Part shown: positions 28,332 through 37,025 of the stretch, in pieces
Layout of the letters: each line of letters opens with the position of its first letter
Position numbering within the stretch: position 1 is the stretch's first letter
Virus record (IMG/VR): IMGVR_UViG_3300028920_000023
Length of the DNA: 64,000 nt
Reading direction: 5' to 3' (one strand)
DNA from: a virus
Taxonomy: Duplodnaviria; Caudoviricetes
Notes under the pieces: generated by a model
The model's database searches: none
Seen by the model: the letters and a program-made list of their open reading frames with translations, nothing else
Told to the model about the DNA's origin: nothing
Translations under genes and position numbers: made by a program

Positions 28332-28409
28332 GTCCCCGTAGCTCAGCCAGGATAGAGCATCTGTCTTCTAAACAGAATGTCGAAGGTTCGAATCCTTCCG
28401 GGGATGCCA
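28332..28409 (+). tRNA. tRNA-Arg(UCU)
   Basis: D stem GCTC/GAGC, anticodon arm TCTGT-CTTCTAA-ACAGA, T arm GAAGG-TTCGAAT-CCTTC, encoded CCA. End coordinate +/-1. Confidence 0.93.
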
Positions 28410-28429
28410 GTTCGAATCAAATTTAATAT

Positions 28430-28564
28430 ATGCTAGACGAAATAAAAAGATTGCAGGAAGACGGCTTATCATCTCGACAAATACAAAAGATATTGTGTAT
28501 ATCGCCAGCTAGATTAGATAAAATTAAAGAATCTGGCAAGATTAAATTTGTTATAAAATTATAA
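28430..28564 (+). CDS. 44-aa HTH-like peptide (possible homing-endonuclease remnant)
   Basis: Hand translation MLDEIKRLQEDGLSSRQIQKILCISPARLDKIKESGKIKFVIKL; AT-rich; below the ORF-track cutoff. Confidence 0.4.
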   Translation: MLDEIKRLQEDGLSSRQIQKILCISPARLDKIKESGKIKFVIKL

Positions 28565-28605
28565 AGACACAATTTACTAAAATAACAATCAGAACCTTGA
28601 TGACA

Positions 28606-28632
28606 GTCGAAGGTTCGAGTCCTGGCGGGGAT
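28606..28632 (+). pseudogene. tRNA 3'-half-like fragment
   Basis: GTCGAAGGTTCGAGTCCTGGCGGGGAT: a T loop plus CGGGGAT complementary to GTCCCCG. Confidence 0.5.
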
Positions 28633-28664
28633 ATGCTCCTCAAAGATACAAAGAGGAGACAAAC

Positions 28665-29033
28665 ATGCGCGACATAATCGACGAAATGCTAATCGAAATC
28701 CATAACGAAAACAAAATACTAGAAGCAACAGAAAGATTATATCCAAAACTCAAACTGCTAGAATCAACCAAAAGAATAATAACCGAAGGAAGATTATTCA
28801 AAAGATACCTAGCCTACCTCCTAACAAGATACAACGTATTCAAGAAACCAATCACCGCCATAGACATGCGCAAAGCAATAGAAAACGTCCTCAAAGCTCA
28901 ACAAGAAGGAATGGACTGGTCTGACGAAGAACTACAATCCCTAATAACAGACCACATATCAGACGAAGGAATAATCGGAAGCTTATTCCGAGAATTGAAT
29001 AAAAGAAAAATACCCTACATCCTACCAAAATGA
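28665..29033 (+). CDS. hypothetical protein
   Basis: CAAAGATA (28641-28648) and GAGGAG upstream. Confidence 0.75.
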   Translation: MRDIIDEMLIEIHNENKILEATERLYPKLKLLESTKRIITEGRLFKRYLAYLLTRYNVFKKPITAIDMRKAIENVLKAQQEGMDWSDEELQSLITDHISDEGIIGSLFRELNKRKIPYILPK

Positions 29034-29407
29034 GGATTACCAAAAATACCAACCAAAACATCTAAATCCACACACTTAGGCATATAAGCACTAGGCTTCA
29101 CAACCCACCTTGGCTTAGAATGAAAAGAAGGATCATATTTAGACCTAGGAACATAATCGCTATTCGGATTATACTGCACCACCTCGGCATACCCCATATC
29201 GACATACAGGTCCACGGCTTCCTCGTACGACAAACCATGCTCATGCATAAGGATCTCAACAGCTGAAGACATCTCCTCTTCTATAATGCGGTTGGTCTCC
29301 TCGTCCGTGAGAGGACGGCAGATATGGCCACATTCAAGGACCGGGTCGTCCTTTTCAAAGCCTACTGTTTCCTTTATTTCGTCGCAGTGTTTACAATATA
29401 TCTTCAT
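29015..29407 (-). CDS. hypothetical zinc-ribbon protein
   Basis: CKHC...CGH; GGAGG SD before MKIYC. Confidence 0.65.
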   Translation of the reverse strand: MKIYCKHCDEIKETVGFEKDDPVLECGHICRPLTDEETNRIIEEEMSSAVEILMHEHGLSYEEAVDLYVDMGYAEVVQYNPNSDYVPRSKYDPSFHSKPRWVVKPSAYMPKCVDLDVLVGIFGNPHFGRM

Positions 29408-29453
29408 TGTTGCTCCTCCAGACCCTTGGTATCGTGTCTGCACAGAGAACAAA

Positions 29454-29735
29454 TTAATTGCACTTCAGATCGCTCGGCTTCGCATTCCCTTTCCTTGGGC
29501 AATTACCCGAGGCAGCACTGACGCGATTCGGGACAATAGGCTCGGTCACAAAACCAGCCTCATTAGCGACATCACAACCGCAGCCAGTAACGAGGGCATA
29601 CTGTTCACATACCCTAGAGCCAGCTTGTATGTACTTGCTTAGAAGCAGATCATAATTTTGTTTGTTAGTGCCGCCAATGAGTGCTTTGGTGGGTCTTCTT
29701 TCGGGAAGTATCGGACAACCGGTTAGGTCTGGCAT
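29454..29735 (-). CDS. hypothetical Cys-rich protein
   Basis: 93-aa ORF. Confidence 0.6.
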   Translation of the reverse strand: MPDLTGCPILPERRPTKALIGGTNKQNYDLLLSKYIQAGSRVCEQYALVTGCGCDVANEAGFVTEPIVPNRVSAASGNCPRKGNAKPSDLKCN

Positions 29736-29738
29736 CTT

Positions 29739-29930
29739 TTACTCCCTTACAATAGCTTTTTTGGGTAGTTGTTCTCTGGTTGCTTTCCAGACTCCTGTTT
29801 TTAGGAATTTGTAATAATATTCTTGTTTTAGACTTCCATCTTTGTCATATTCTGGTATACGCCACCAGGGGTGTCTTGATGTTCCTTTTGATATTTTCTC
29901 ATTCTTGCCCATCTTAAAGCCCAGGAACAA
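29739..29930 (-). CDS. hypothetical protein
   Basis: 63-aa ORF; start uncertain. Confidence 0.5.
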   Translation of the reverse strand: MFLGFKMGKNEKISKGTSRHPWWRIPEYDKDGSLKQEYYYKFLKTGVWKATREQLPKKAIVRE

Positions 29931-30216
29931 TGTCCCCGGCAGATGCTCCTGTGGCTTTCACGATCTTCCTAAGAGAATCTACCGAAGGATCTCGATGCAC
30001 ATCGTCCTTCTTGCTCTTATATCGTGAAACCGTGCTCGGATGCAGCCCAGCCTTCTGGGCTATATCTTGCTGAGTTTCCCCAGAATTGACATAAGCACGT
30101 TTGATCTTGGATATTTCATCATCTCGCACTTTTCTCTTGGTGTCTTTCACGCTTTTCCCGTCCTCTTCCTCAGAAAGAGAAACAAGACCCTGCGTATGAA
30201 GTTCATATAATTTCAT
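29914..30216 (-). CDS. XRE-family HTH protein
   Basis: TQQDIAQKAGLHPSTVSRY...PSVDSLRKIVKATG; CAAAAATA at 30233-30240 upstream. Confidence 0.8.
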   Translation of the reverse strand: MKLYELHTQGLVSLSEEEDGKSVKDTKRKVRDDEISKIKRAYVNSGETQQDIAQKAGLHPSTVSRYKSKKDDVHRDPSVDSLRKIVKATGASAGDIVPGL

Positions 30217-30300
30217 AATTGTCTCCTCACCTTATTTTTGAACCAGAAGCACCTTTTAAGAGCATATAAGAAAGATATTATATAACAAAAGGAGAACATT

Positions 30301-30753
30301 ATGGTAGCACCAAAAGAAAAACACAAAGACTGTCGGTGCCTTCGCTGCGAAAAACACGTTCAAAAAATGCTAGACGAGCATGGCTGGATAGTGGATCTCA
30401 TCAGAGATGGTGACAAACCAAACTTCCATAGCCATTATCTAGAAAGCTACCTTGGACACAAGGACATCCAATTAGTCTATCCTTTACCCGACAATCTAGT
30501 CGGCGGGATCATGCACACCGTGGTGGGCAATATCAAAAAAGGAAGGAAGTATAAAGCTGGAGATATAACCAGCAGCGTTCTAGAGGGACTGGACGTACTG
30601 TTCGTAGAAGCCACAGAAACTGGACGTACAGTTCTGAGAATTATTCTACCAGATAAAGAAGGTAGACTCAAACCTGGGGAAATCATTAGTCCATACGATA
30701 TGCAATGGGACGAGAACGTGAAAATTCCTGAGGCCTACCAGAAAATCGACTAA
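30301..30753 (+). CDS. hypothetical protein
   Basis: AGGAG SD; 150 aa. Confidence 0.75.
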   Translation: MVAPKEKHKDCRCLRCEKHVQKMLDEHGWIVDLIRDGDKPNFHSHYLESYLGHKDIQLVYPLPDNLVGGIMHTVVGNIKKGRKYKAGDITSSVLEGLDVLFVEATETGRTVLRIILPDKEGRLKPGEIISPYDMQWDENVKIPEAYQKID

Positions 30754-30780
30754 GTAAATATCCTAAAAAGGAGATTTATT

Positions 30781-31230
30781 ATGTCGATGAAAGACATTCG
30801 CGTAGTCAATACCAACAGTCTACGCGGCAGAGTGAATCGTAAAGTGAACGGGCACAACACTCAGGTAGCTAGGCCAGATACGACCGTTATCCAACAACGT
30901 GGGGAACACGAGATTGGTGCTCGTGTGATCAGTTCCGAACCAAATAAGATGATGATCGGCTCGGAATGGAAATGCAAGAAAGACAAATTGGATTATCCAG
31001 AATTCTGCACGGTGATAGAGACTAATCAAAGATTCGTAATATTCGCGGTCAAAGCTGAGGTTGATTCGGATCTACCTGCTAATATCTATTCGTTTGATTC
31101 TAGATTGTTTGTCAGACTTTACGAGCCATTGAAGGAACAGAGTAATGCACGCAGATCAGCTAAACAAATTGCTACGGAAAGCTCTGAGACAGAAGGGTCT
31201 AAGGGGGATAATGAGCCTAAGGGAAGCTAG
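30781..31230 (+). CDS. hypothetical protein
   Basis: AAGGAG SD; 149 aa. Confidence 0.7.
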   Translation: MSMKDIRVVNTNSLRGRVNRKVNGHNTQVARPDTTVIQQRGEHEIGARVISSEPNKMMIGSEWKCKKDKLDYPEFCTVIETNQRFVIFAVKAEVDSDLPANIYSFDSRLFVRLYEPLKEQSNARRSAKQIATESSETEGSKGDNEPKGS

Positions 31231-31402
31231 ACAAATCAGAGCAGAAATATTAGAGGCCCACAAAAAGCATATCGAAAATCATAAGGTGAGTATCGAGTTC
31301 AGTCCTGTCCATAGCGTTGGGGAGAATCCCCAGTGTGATGCAGATAGGACTAAGATTATTGTTGTTCCGCTAGAGACGGATACTGTAAAGTTCAAGACTT
31401 AG
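31211..31402 (+). CDS. hypothetical protein
   Basis: GGGGG SD before the ATG at 31211. Confidence 0.5.
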   Translation: MSLREARQIRAEILEAHKKHIENHKVSIEFSPVHSVGENPQCDADRTKIIVVPLETDTVKFKT

Positions 31403-31922
31403 ATTGGTTTCTTCTAGCTATTCCAGACAGGTATGAACAAAGCCAGAAGTATCCGTCTTTGATCCATTCGGCGTCTTTGAGTGCGTCATGCGCGCCTTCT
31501 TCTTGTTTTGGTAGTTTGTCTCTGGTTATTCCGTAGGCGTTTAGTGATTGCATGAGGTCCAGGCATAATTTTGGGAAGTGTTTTGGTAGTTTGTACATGG
31601 GTCCGAATAACCAACAGAAGTTTACCCAGTCATAATCTGCGAAGTATCCCCAGAATAGTGGGTTTTCGTCTTTGCCTATGAAGTCGAGTATTTCGTCTCT
31701 TATTTGTGTTCTGGTTTTCCATTGGTCTTTTGGTGGTAGTTTGGGTAGGACTTCTCTCATTAGGAAGTTGTGTTTTTTAGCTGCTTCGTAATCGAATTCT
31801 TTGCTAACTGCGTAATATTTCTTTTTGCCGGTTTCACAGACGATCCCTATGCTTATTAGTTCTATTCTTCCTCCGGTTGCGTCTGGCATTTCGTGAAATT
31901 CGGTGTCTATGAAGTACCTCAT
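31392..31922 (-). CDS. DEDD 3'-5' exo(ribo)nuclease, Rv2179c/DUF5051-like
   Basis: YFIDTEF, LISIGIV, FADYDWV, HDALKDA. Confidence 0.88.
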   Translation of the reverse strand: MRYFIDTEFHEMPDATGGRIELISIGIVCETGKKKYYAVSKEFDYEAAKKHNFLMREVLPKLPPKDQWKTRTQIRDEILDFIGKDENPLFWGYFADYDWVNFCWLFGPMYKLPKHFPKLCLDLMQSLNAYGITRDKLPKQEEGAHDALKDAEWIKDGYFWLCSYLSGIARRNQSKS

Positions 31923-31959
31923 AGTTGTCTCCGGTTTATAGATATTTACGTCGCGATAA

Positions 31960-32223
31960 TTATTCAGTCAAATGATTCTCGATAATATCCATAATCTCGG
32001 CGATATCATCATCGACGAAGTCCCTCAGACCAATAATTTTATGCCAATCCTCCTCAGTAAGAGAAAGATCGCTATTCGGACCCAACAAGTTCTGTAAACG
32101 ACTGATTTCGGAAGACAGAACACCCAATTCACAGAATAAACTAATCTGTTGATCCTTAGTTAGATCAACTTTCACAATCCGATTGTGGCCTACGCAATCC
32201 GAAGCATGAGCAGGCTCTGTCAT
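31960..32223 (-). CDS. hypothetical protein
   Basis: GAGGAG SD; 87 aa. Confidence 0.65.
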   Translation of the reverse strand: MTEPAHASDCVGHNRIVKVDLTKDQQISLFCELGVLSSEISRLQNLLGPNSDLSLTEEDWHKIIGLRDFVDDDIAEIMDIIENHLTE

Positions 32224-32374
32224 TATGTGCTCTCCTCTTGTCTTTCACTTTGGAGTCAATGCATTCGCACATCTTGGAGTGATTGAATTCTTCGTCTGCT
32301 TCGCCCCAAAATATACAGTCTCTGCATTTCTTGTTTCTAGGATTATAGTTAGATATTATTGTTATTATGGACAT
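32165..32374 (-). CDS. small Cys-rich hypothetical protein
   Basis: C.DC..W...C.C...C.CF pattern; start uncertain (32374 or 32440). Confidence 0.45.
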   Translation of the reverse strand: MSIITIISNYNPRNKKCRDCIFWGEADEEFNHSKMCECIDSKVKDKRRAHNDRACSCFGLRRPQSDCES

Positions 32375-32467
32375 ATGTCCCCCACCAAGACAACCGTCGC
32401 GGTCTTCCTTTTGCCGTCCGTTCCGCGTTGAACAGATCACCGGACTGAACGATAGAGCGTTGGCTTA

Positions 32468-32921
32468 CCACGCGCCCGTACGCACGCGGAACGATTTGGC
32501 CACTAGGAGTACAGCTCGCTGTACCACGCGCCCGTACGCACGCGGAACAAACCCTCCGGCAGTAGGCCAGTCAGGTTTGCCTTACCACGCGCCCGTACGC
32601 ACGCAGAACAAACCCAACGTCCACAACAGGGATGAAGTGAACAGCCCACGCGCCCGTTGACGTCCACTTTTGGCCATTGCACGTTCCACGCGCCCGTACG
32701 CACGCGGAACAGACCCTACCGCCGTTGCCTACGTCATTTGCCCAAACCACGCGCCCGTACGCACGCGGAACAGACGTTCTGTCCAGGGTCGGCACTACCC
32801 CACGCGCCCGTACGCACGCGGAACTCGGCGTGCCTGCTCGCGTTGACGCTGTTGCTCCACGCGCCCGTACACACGCGGAACTCCGTAACGATTCCTGTGG
32901 GCAAAGCGTGCTGGGCGGAAC
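32468..32921. CRISPR. CRISPR-like repeat-spacer array, no cas genes in window
   Basis: Repeat CCACGCGCCCGTACGCACGCGGAAC at 32468, 32524, 32585 (1 mismatch), 32686, 32747, 32800, 32857 (1 mismatch); 12-nt truncated copy at 32646; GCGGAAC remnant at 32915. Spacers 31, 36, 36, 28, 36, 28, 32 nt. Confidence 0.75.
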
Positions 32922-33094
32922 TCCATAGTTCGTCTTCGACTATCACTTCTGGATAGCCTCTAGGCGACCGTATAGCCTGAAAACCCACAGGACTGAATTG
33001 TCAAAGAACCACTGCGGACCGCTTGTATCGAAGCAGGAAAACACATAAATTTAATCATCAATAGTATCATCATCTGATTTGAAAACACTAAGGA

Positions 33095-33122
33095 TTGCGC
33101 CGATAATTATCACGAGTATAAT
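33095..33122 (+). promoter_or_regulatory. sigma-70-type promoter with palindromic operator
   Basis: TTGCGC-16 nt-TATAAT. Perfect palindrome GATAATTATC (33102-33111) in the spacer; second ATAATTATCAC overlapping the -10. Confidence 0.55.
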
Positions 33123-33217
33123 TATCACCGCAGAAATAAGTAATCCAGAAGTCATAAAAGAGCCTCCAGCACACAACTTTCAACACCATAAAAAAGAGGT
33201 ACTATGCACATTGTGAG

Positions 33218-33277
33218 GTCGATACAAGGAGAAACACCATGCGCTGCGTCGATACAAGGAGAAACACCATGCGCTGC
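33218..33277 (+). repeat. exact 30-bp tandem duplication spanning SD and start codon
   Basis: GTCGATACAAGGAGAAACACCATGCGCTGC x2. Confidence 0.95.
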
Positions 33278-36172
33278 ACCTATGCACTCCTCTTTTTTGC
33301 ACCCGTTCTATGTTTTGGCACAGAAGAAGCCCTACTCAACACAGACGCCACCACAGACACAGACAAACACGACTGGCGCATCCACGCAGACACCAACCAA
33401 CAAGGCCTCTGGCACGCCATCTGGTATCGCACCAAACCAGACAACACAATCAGCATCCTAAAAGCCAAAAGCACCGACAACGGATACACCTGGAACACAC
33501 CAACAGTCCTAAGCCAAAACAGCATCGCAGACGCCAAACACACATCACCCAAAATAGCCACAGACAAACAAGGCCTCTGGGTAGCCACCTGGATGACAAA
33601 CGACAACCAACAAGGACGCAAAACCTCCTACAACATAGCCATACGCACAAGCACAAACAACGGAGAAACCTGGACCAAAACCAAAATCATCGGAACAAAC
33701 TCCTGCAAAGACCCAGACATCAAAATACACAACGGAACAATACTAATAGCCTGGGACTACTGGGACGGCAACAAAACCAACATCGCATATAGAACCAGCA
33801 CAAACGGAAGCACCTGGAGCAACACAACAATCTTCAACCACGACGGAGACGACAGCAACGTCAACATAGAAGCACACAACAGCACCTGGGCCATAACCTG
33901 GAGCAAAACCTACACAATCGGATCATACAAACAATCAGACATCTTCCTAACCCACAGCACAGACCTACAAAACTGGACAACACCACAAAAAATCAACAAC
34001 GGCAAAACAGGACAACAAAGCTACGACATCTACCCAAAAATCGAAACAAACGGAAACAAGTGGGTAGTCATCTGGAACGGCAAAAACACACTCAACAACG
34101 CCGGAACAGACTACGACATCATCAGCACAACCAGCACAGACCTACAAAACTGGACAACACCAACCGTTGTCAACAGCAACGGCACAACAGACAACAGATC
34201 AGACGAAGACCAGCAAATCGTCTACAACCAAGGAATTTGGACAGCAGTATGGTCCGGCTCCAATAACGTAGACATCAACGACATGGACGTCTACTACGCC
34301 ACAAGCACAGACGGACAAAACTGGGGGCCAAGGCAAGCCCTCAAATCAAACACCTACACAGATCCAACCTGGGTCGACGACGAAGCACCAAACATCTTCA
34401 CAGACGGAACTGGCTGGCTAATTGCCTGGACCTCCGAAGACAACAGAGACAACTGCGAAGCAGACAGAGACCTCTTCTACACCGTCAGCACAGACGGACA
34501 AAACTGGAACACCACACCACCAGCACCCCTAATCGCACAAGACGACCAATACACAACACAAGAAGACCAAAGCATACACAACAGCGTACTAACCAACGAC
34601 AACCCAGAAATATCATCAAGATCATTAGTCGCAAAACGAACCACCCTAAACGCCACACTAAACTCGCCACCCTCACATGGAACACTAGACTTCCATGCCG
34701 ACGGAACATTCACATACCAGCCAGACACCGGATACAATGGACAAGACACCTTCACATACACCGCCACAGACGGGATAAGAATATCCAACGAAGCCACAGC
34801 GCACATCACCGTACAGCCCATCAACGCCATAATACCAACCGCCATAATACAAGCCAGCCTCTGGAATATCCAGGTCGGTGATGATGTAGGATTCGATGGT
34901 AGCCATTCAGAAGATATCGACGGGGAAATTATAGAACACCTGTGGGATTTCGGAGATGGAACCATCATGGTAGGTGAGATACTAACTCACAAGTATAACA
35001 ACCCAGGCAATTATGAAGTCACACTCACAGTAACAGACAACGAAGGACTAACCGATAACGATACAATCATTATTATAGTAGAAAAAACAGAAGAAGGCAA
35101 CGATAAATTCGATATCGACGACGGCAAAATAACACCAAAAGACACATATATCGTCACAGCCAAAGTACTTGGAGCAGCCATCGAGATACCAGGACAATAC
35201 GAACTCATGGTCACAACCAGAATCAAGATCGGGGACGAAATCTTCGAATGCTGGGGAGACTGGAACAATGCGACCGAATCCAACGTGAACGACCATCAAG
35301 TGCATACCTGGACATCCGATAGAGAATTCGACATGCTCCCAATCTCCGCACAGGGGAAATCCTGGAAGAAGTACGGACAGAGCTGGAGACCCTTTATAAC
35401 AGTAGACTCAGAAACAAAACCTCAAATGGTCAAAATACTCAAGAATGGAGACACAATCCCAAATCTCTTGCCCTGGAACAACCAGAGCAATATAGAGGAT
35501 TTCATACAAGGCTTTCTGGATCTAGAGACGAATACCATCACACTGAACGAGAACGAAGCGATTTTCCTTTTCGAACTGGGTACAACCGACCCACACAGCG
35601 CCGCAGCCGATTACCAAGACCTCGTTGTCCTAATCTCCCTCGGGGAACCAGAACCCACACCAGAACCCACACCAGAACCCACACCAGAACCCACACCAGA
35701 ACCCACACCAGAACCCACACCAGAACCCACACCAGAAGCCAGAAAACCAGGATTTAAGCAGCTAAAATACAGAACAGTCTGGGATAAAGACAATCAAGAC
35801 CAATTCATGCTTAAAATGATAGACTTCGACGGACAGAACGGAGACCAAATAACAATAACCGTAGGCAAAAACACCTGGACAATCGAACTAGGGAAAGGAA
35901 ACGCACACAAAGACAACAATATAAGAGCCAAAGTGACCTCAAGCAACATGCTAATGTTCAAATGCGTGAGAGGAAACTTTGAAGACAACCTAGACTACAG
36001 ATCAAAGAAACAAAAGAAAGGAACAATGACACTGCCCATCACTGTCAATATAAACGAATCAACATTCAATTATAAAATCGACGTCGATTACAAAGTAAAA
36101 TCCAGGAAGAAAGAAGAATTCTCAATCTTCGGAAAGGACCTACGCAAAAGAAGAAAAACTAACCGTTTCTAA
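33269..36172 (+). CDS. large exported-type multidomain protein (signal peptide, Asp-box beta-propeller, Ig/cadherin-like, PKD, PEPT linker)
   Basis: Hydrophobic N-terminus; S-x-D/N-x-G-x-x-W Asp boxes; AQDDQY...GTL...DGTFTY.P; FDGS.S.D.DG.I...WDFGDG; (PEPT)7. Confidence 0.85.
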   Translation: MRCTYALLFFAPVLCFGTEEALLNTDATTDTDKHDWRIHADTNQQGLWHAIWYRTKPDNTISILKAKSTDNGYTWNTPTVLSQNSIADAKHTSPKIATDKQGLWVATWMTNDNQQGRKTSYNIAIRTSTNNGETWTKTKIIGTNSCKDPDIKIHNGTILIAWDYWDGNKTNIAYRTSTNGSTWSNTTIFNHDGDDSNVNIEAHNSTWAITWSKTYTIGSYKQSDIFLTHSTDLQNWTTPQKINNGKTGQQSYDIYPKIETNGNKWVVIWNGKNTLNNAGTDYDIISTTSTDLQNWTTPTVVNSNGTTDNRSDEDQQIVYNQGIWTAVWSGSNNVDINDMDVYYATSTDGQNWGPRQALKSNTYTDPTWVDDEAPNIFTDGTGWLIAWTSEDNRDNCEADRDLFYTVSTDGQNWNTTPPAPLIAQDDQYTTQEDQSIHNSVLTNDNPEISSRSLVAKRTTLNATLNSPPSHGTLDFHADGTFTYQPDTGYNGQDTFTYTATDGIRISNEATAHITVQPINAIIPTAIIQASLWNIQVGDDVGFDGSHSEDIDGEIIEHLWDFGDGTIMVGEILTHKYNNPGNYEVTLTVTDNEGLTDNDTIIIIVEKTEEGNDKFDIDDGKITPKDTYIVTAKVLGAAIEIPGQYELMVTTRIKIGDEIFECWGDWNNATESNVNDHQVHTWTSDREFDMLPISAQGKSWKKYGQSWRPFITVDSETKPQMVKILKNGDTIPNLLPWNNQSNIEDFIQGFLDLETNTITLNENEAIFLFELGTTDPHSAAADYQDLVVLISLGEPEPTPEPTPEPTPEPTPEPTPEPTPEPTPEARKPGFKQLKYRTVWDKDNQDQFMLKMIDFDGQNGDQITITVGKNTWTIELGKGNAHKDNNIRAKVTSSNMLMFKCVRGNFEDNLDYRSKKQKKGTMTLPITVNINESTFNYKIDVDYKVKSRKKEEFSIFGKDLRKRRKTNRF
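35648..35737 (+). repeat. 12-bp coding tandem repeat (PEPT)7
   Basis: CCAGAACCCACA x7, all identical. Confidence 0.95.
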
Positions 36173-36509
36173 TCCTTTCACTCAAATACTCGACCTCCTG
36201 TCTAATCCGCTGATCCGTCTCAACAGCATGGCCCATCCTGCGAACAACATAATGGACCGAAGAATGATCACGATCACAAAAAAACTGACCAATCTCAGAC
36301 AAACTATGATCAGTCAACTCCCTACATAAATAAATCGCAAAATGCCTAGCCCTAACAGCCGTAACATGCCTCCGATGCGAACGAACGACATCCCTGTCGA
36401 TATTATATCTAGAAGCAACAACACCAACTATCTCCGACATCGACAAAATGCTACCAACCTCCCTATCTGGGGACCACCTACCGCACCAGGGGCATCTCAT
36501 CATGACCAC
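36159..36509 (-). CDS. stand-alone DnaA domain IV (DnaA-box-binding HTH) protein
   Basis: I...VA..Y.I....V.S.RR...VRARHFAIYLCRELTDHSLSEIGQFF..RDHSSV; N-terminal CPWC; no AAA domain. Confidence 0.88.
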   Translation of the reverse strand: MVMMRCPWCGRWSPDREVGSILSMSEIVGVVASRYNIDRDVVRSHRRHVTAVRARHFAIYLCRELTDHSLSEIGQFFCDRDHSSVHYVVRRMGHAVETDQRIRQEVEYLSERIRNG

Positions 36510-36892
36510 CCATCAAAACCAACAGAACCGTATTCCACACGTGTACAAAAGACCGACAGGCTGTAGCTTGTGCTCTGCAAAACGAAGTCGATTCGGTAGT
36601 ACCTGTCCTGGTCCCGGATGATGTCCCCTCTGGTCGGTGGTATCGTCAGATTGATGAATTTCCTATCGTCATTCTTTCTGTTGCTGATCAGCAGATTCGC
36701 TCTAAGCCCCTTTAGACTTTCCTCTAGGCCGTCACAAATGTCCAGAATTCGGTCATGCTCGTAATCATCGAATTGTGTTACGACGATACTGCCGTCTCTG
36801 ATGTGTAGATCCGGTGCTGGTTCCCAACCGACATCACCTTTAAAGCTAAGGCATGATATTGCTCTTACTTCGTTGCTCTTGTGTATCTGCAC
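36500..36892 (-). CDS. hypothetical protein
   Basis: 130-aa ORF with SD. Confidence 0.6.
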   Translation of the reverse strand: MQIHKSNEVRAISCLSFKGDVGWEPAPDLHIRDGSIVVTQFDDYEHDRILDICDGLEESLKGLRANLLISNRKNDDRKFINLTIPPTRGDIIRDQDRYYRIDFVLQSTSYSLSVFCTRVEYGSVGFDGWS

Positions 36893-36993
36893 TTTGTGTT
36901 CTCCCTTTTCCCCGTCCTATCGCTCCATATGCGATTAGGAAGTAGAGCGCCAAAAACATATATCTTCGATATCGCCTGCGTAAAGCTATCCAT

Positions 36994-37001
36994 CAAAGAT
37001 A
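36994..37001 (+). promoter_or_regulatory. putative phage late promoter CAAAGATA
   Basis: 24 nt upstream of the ATG at 37026. Confidence 0.6.
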
Positions 37002-37025
37002 CCATAAGACAAGGAGACAATACTG

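Noticed and set aside
28242-28632. Group I intron in a tRNA anticodon loop
   Set aside because: I could not find P7 or other conserved core elements, and the insert is occupied by an intact tRNA and an AT-rich ORF.
32367-32988. Small ORFs spanning the repeat array
   Set aside because: They are translations of the repeat (HAPVRTR, PRARTHAE) in several frames, and unit lengths are not multiples of three.
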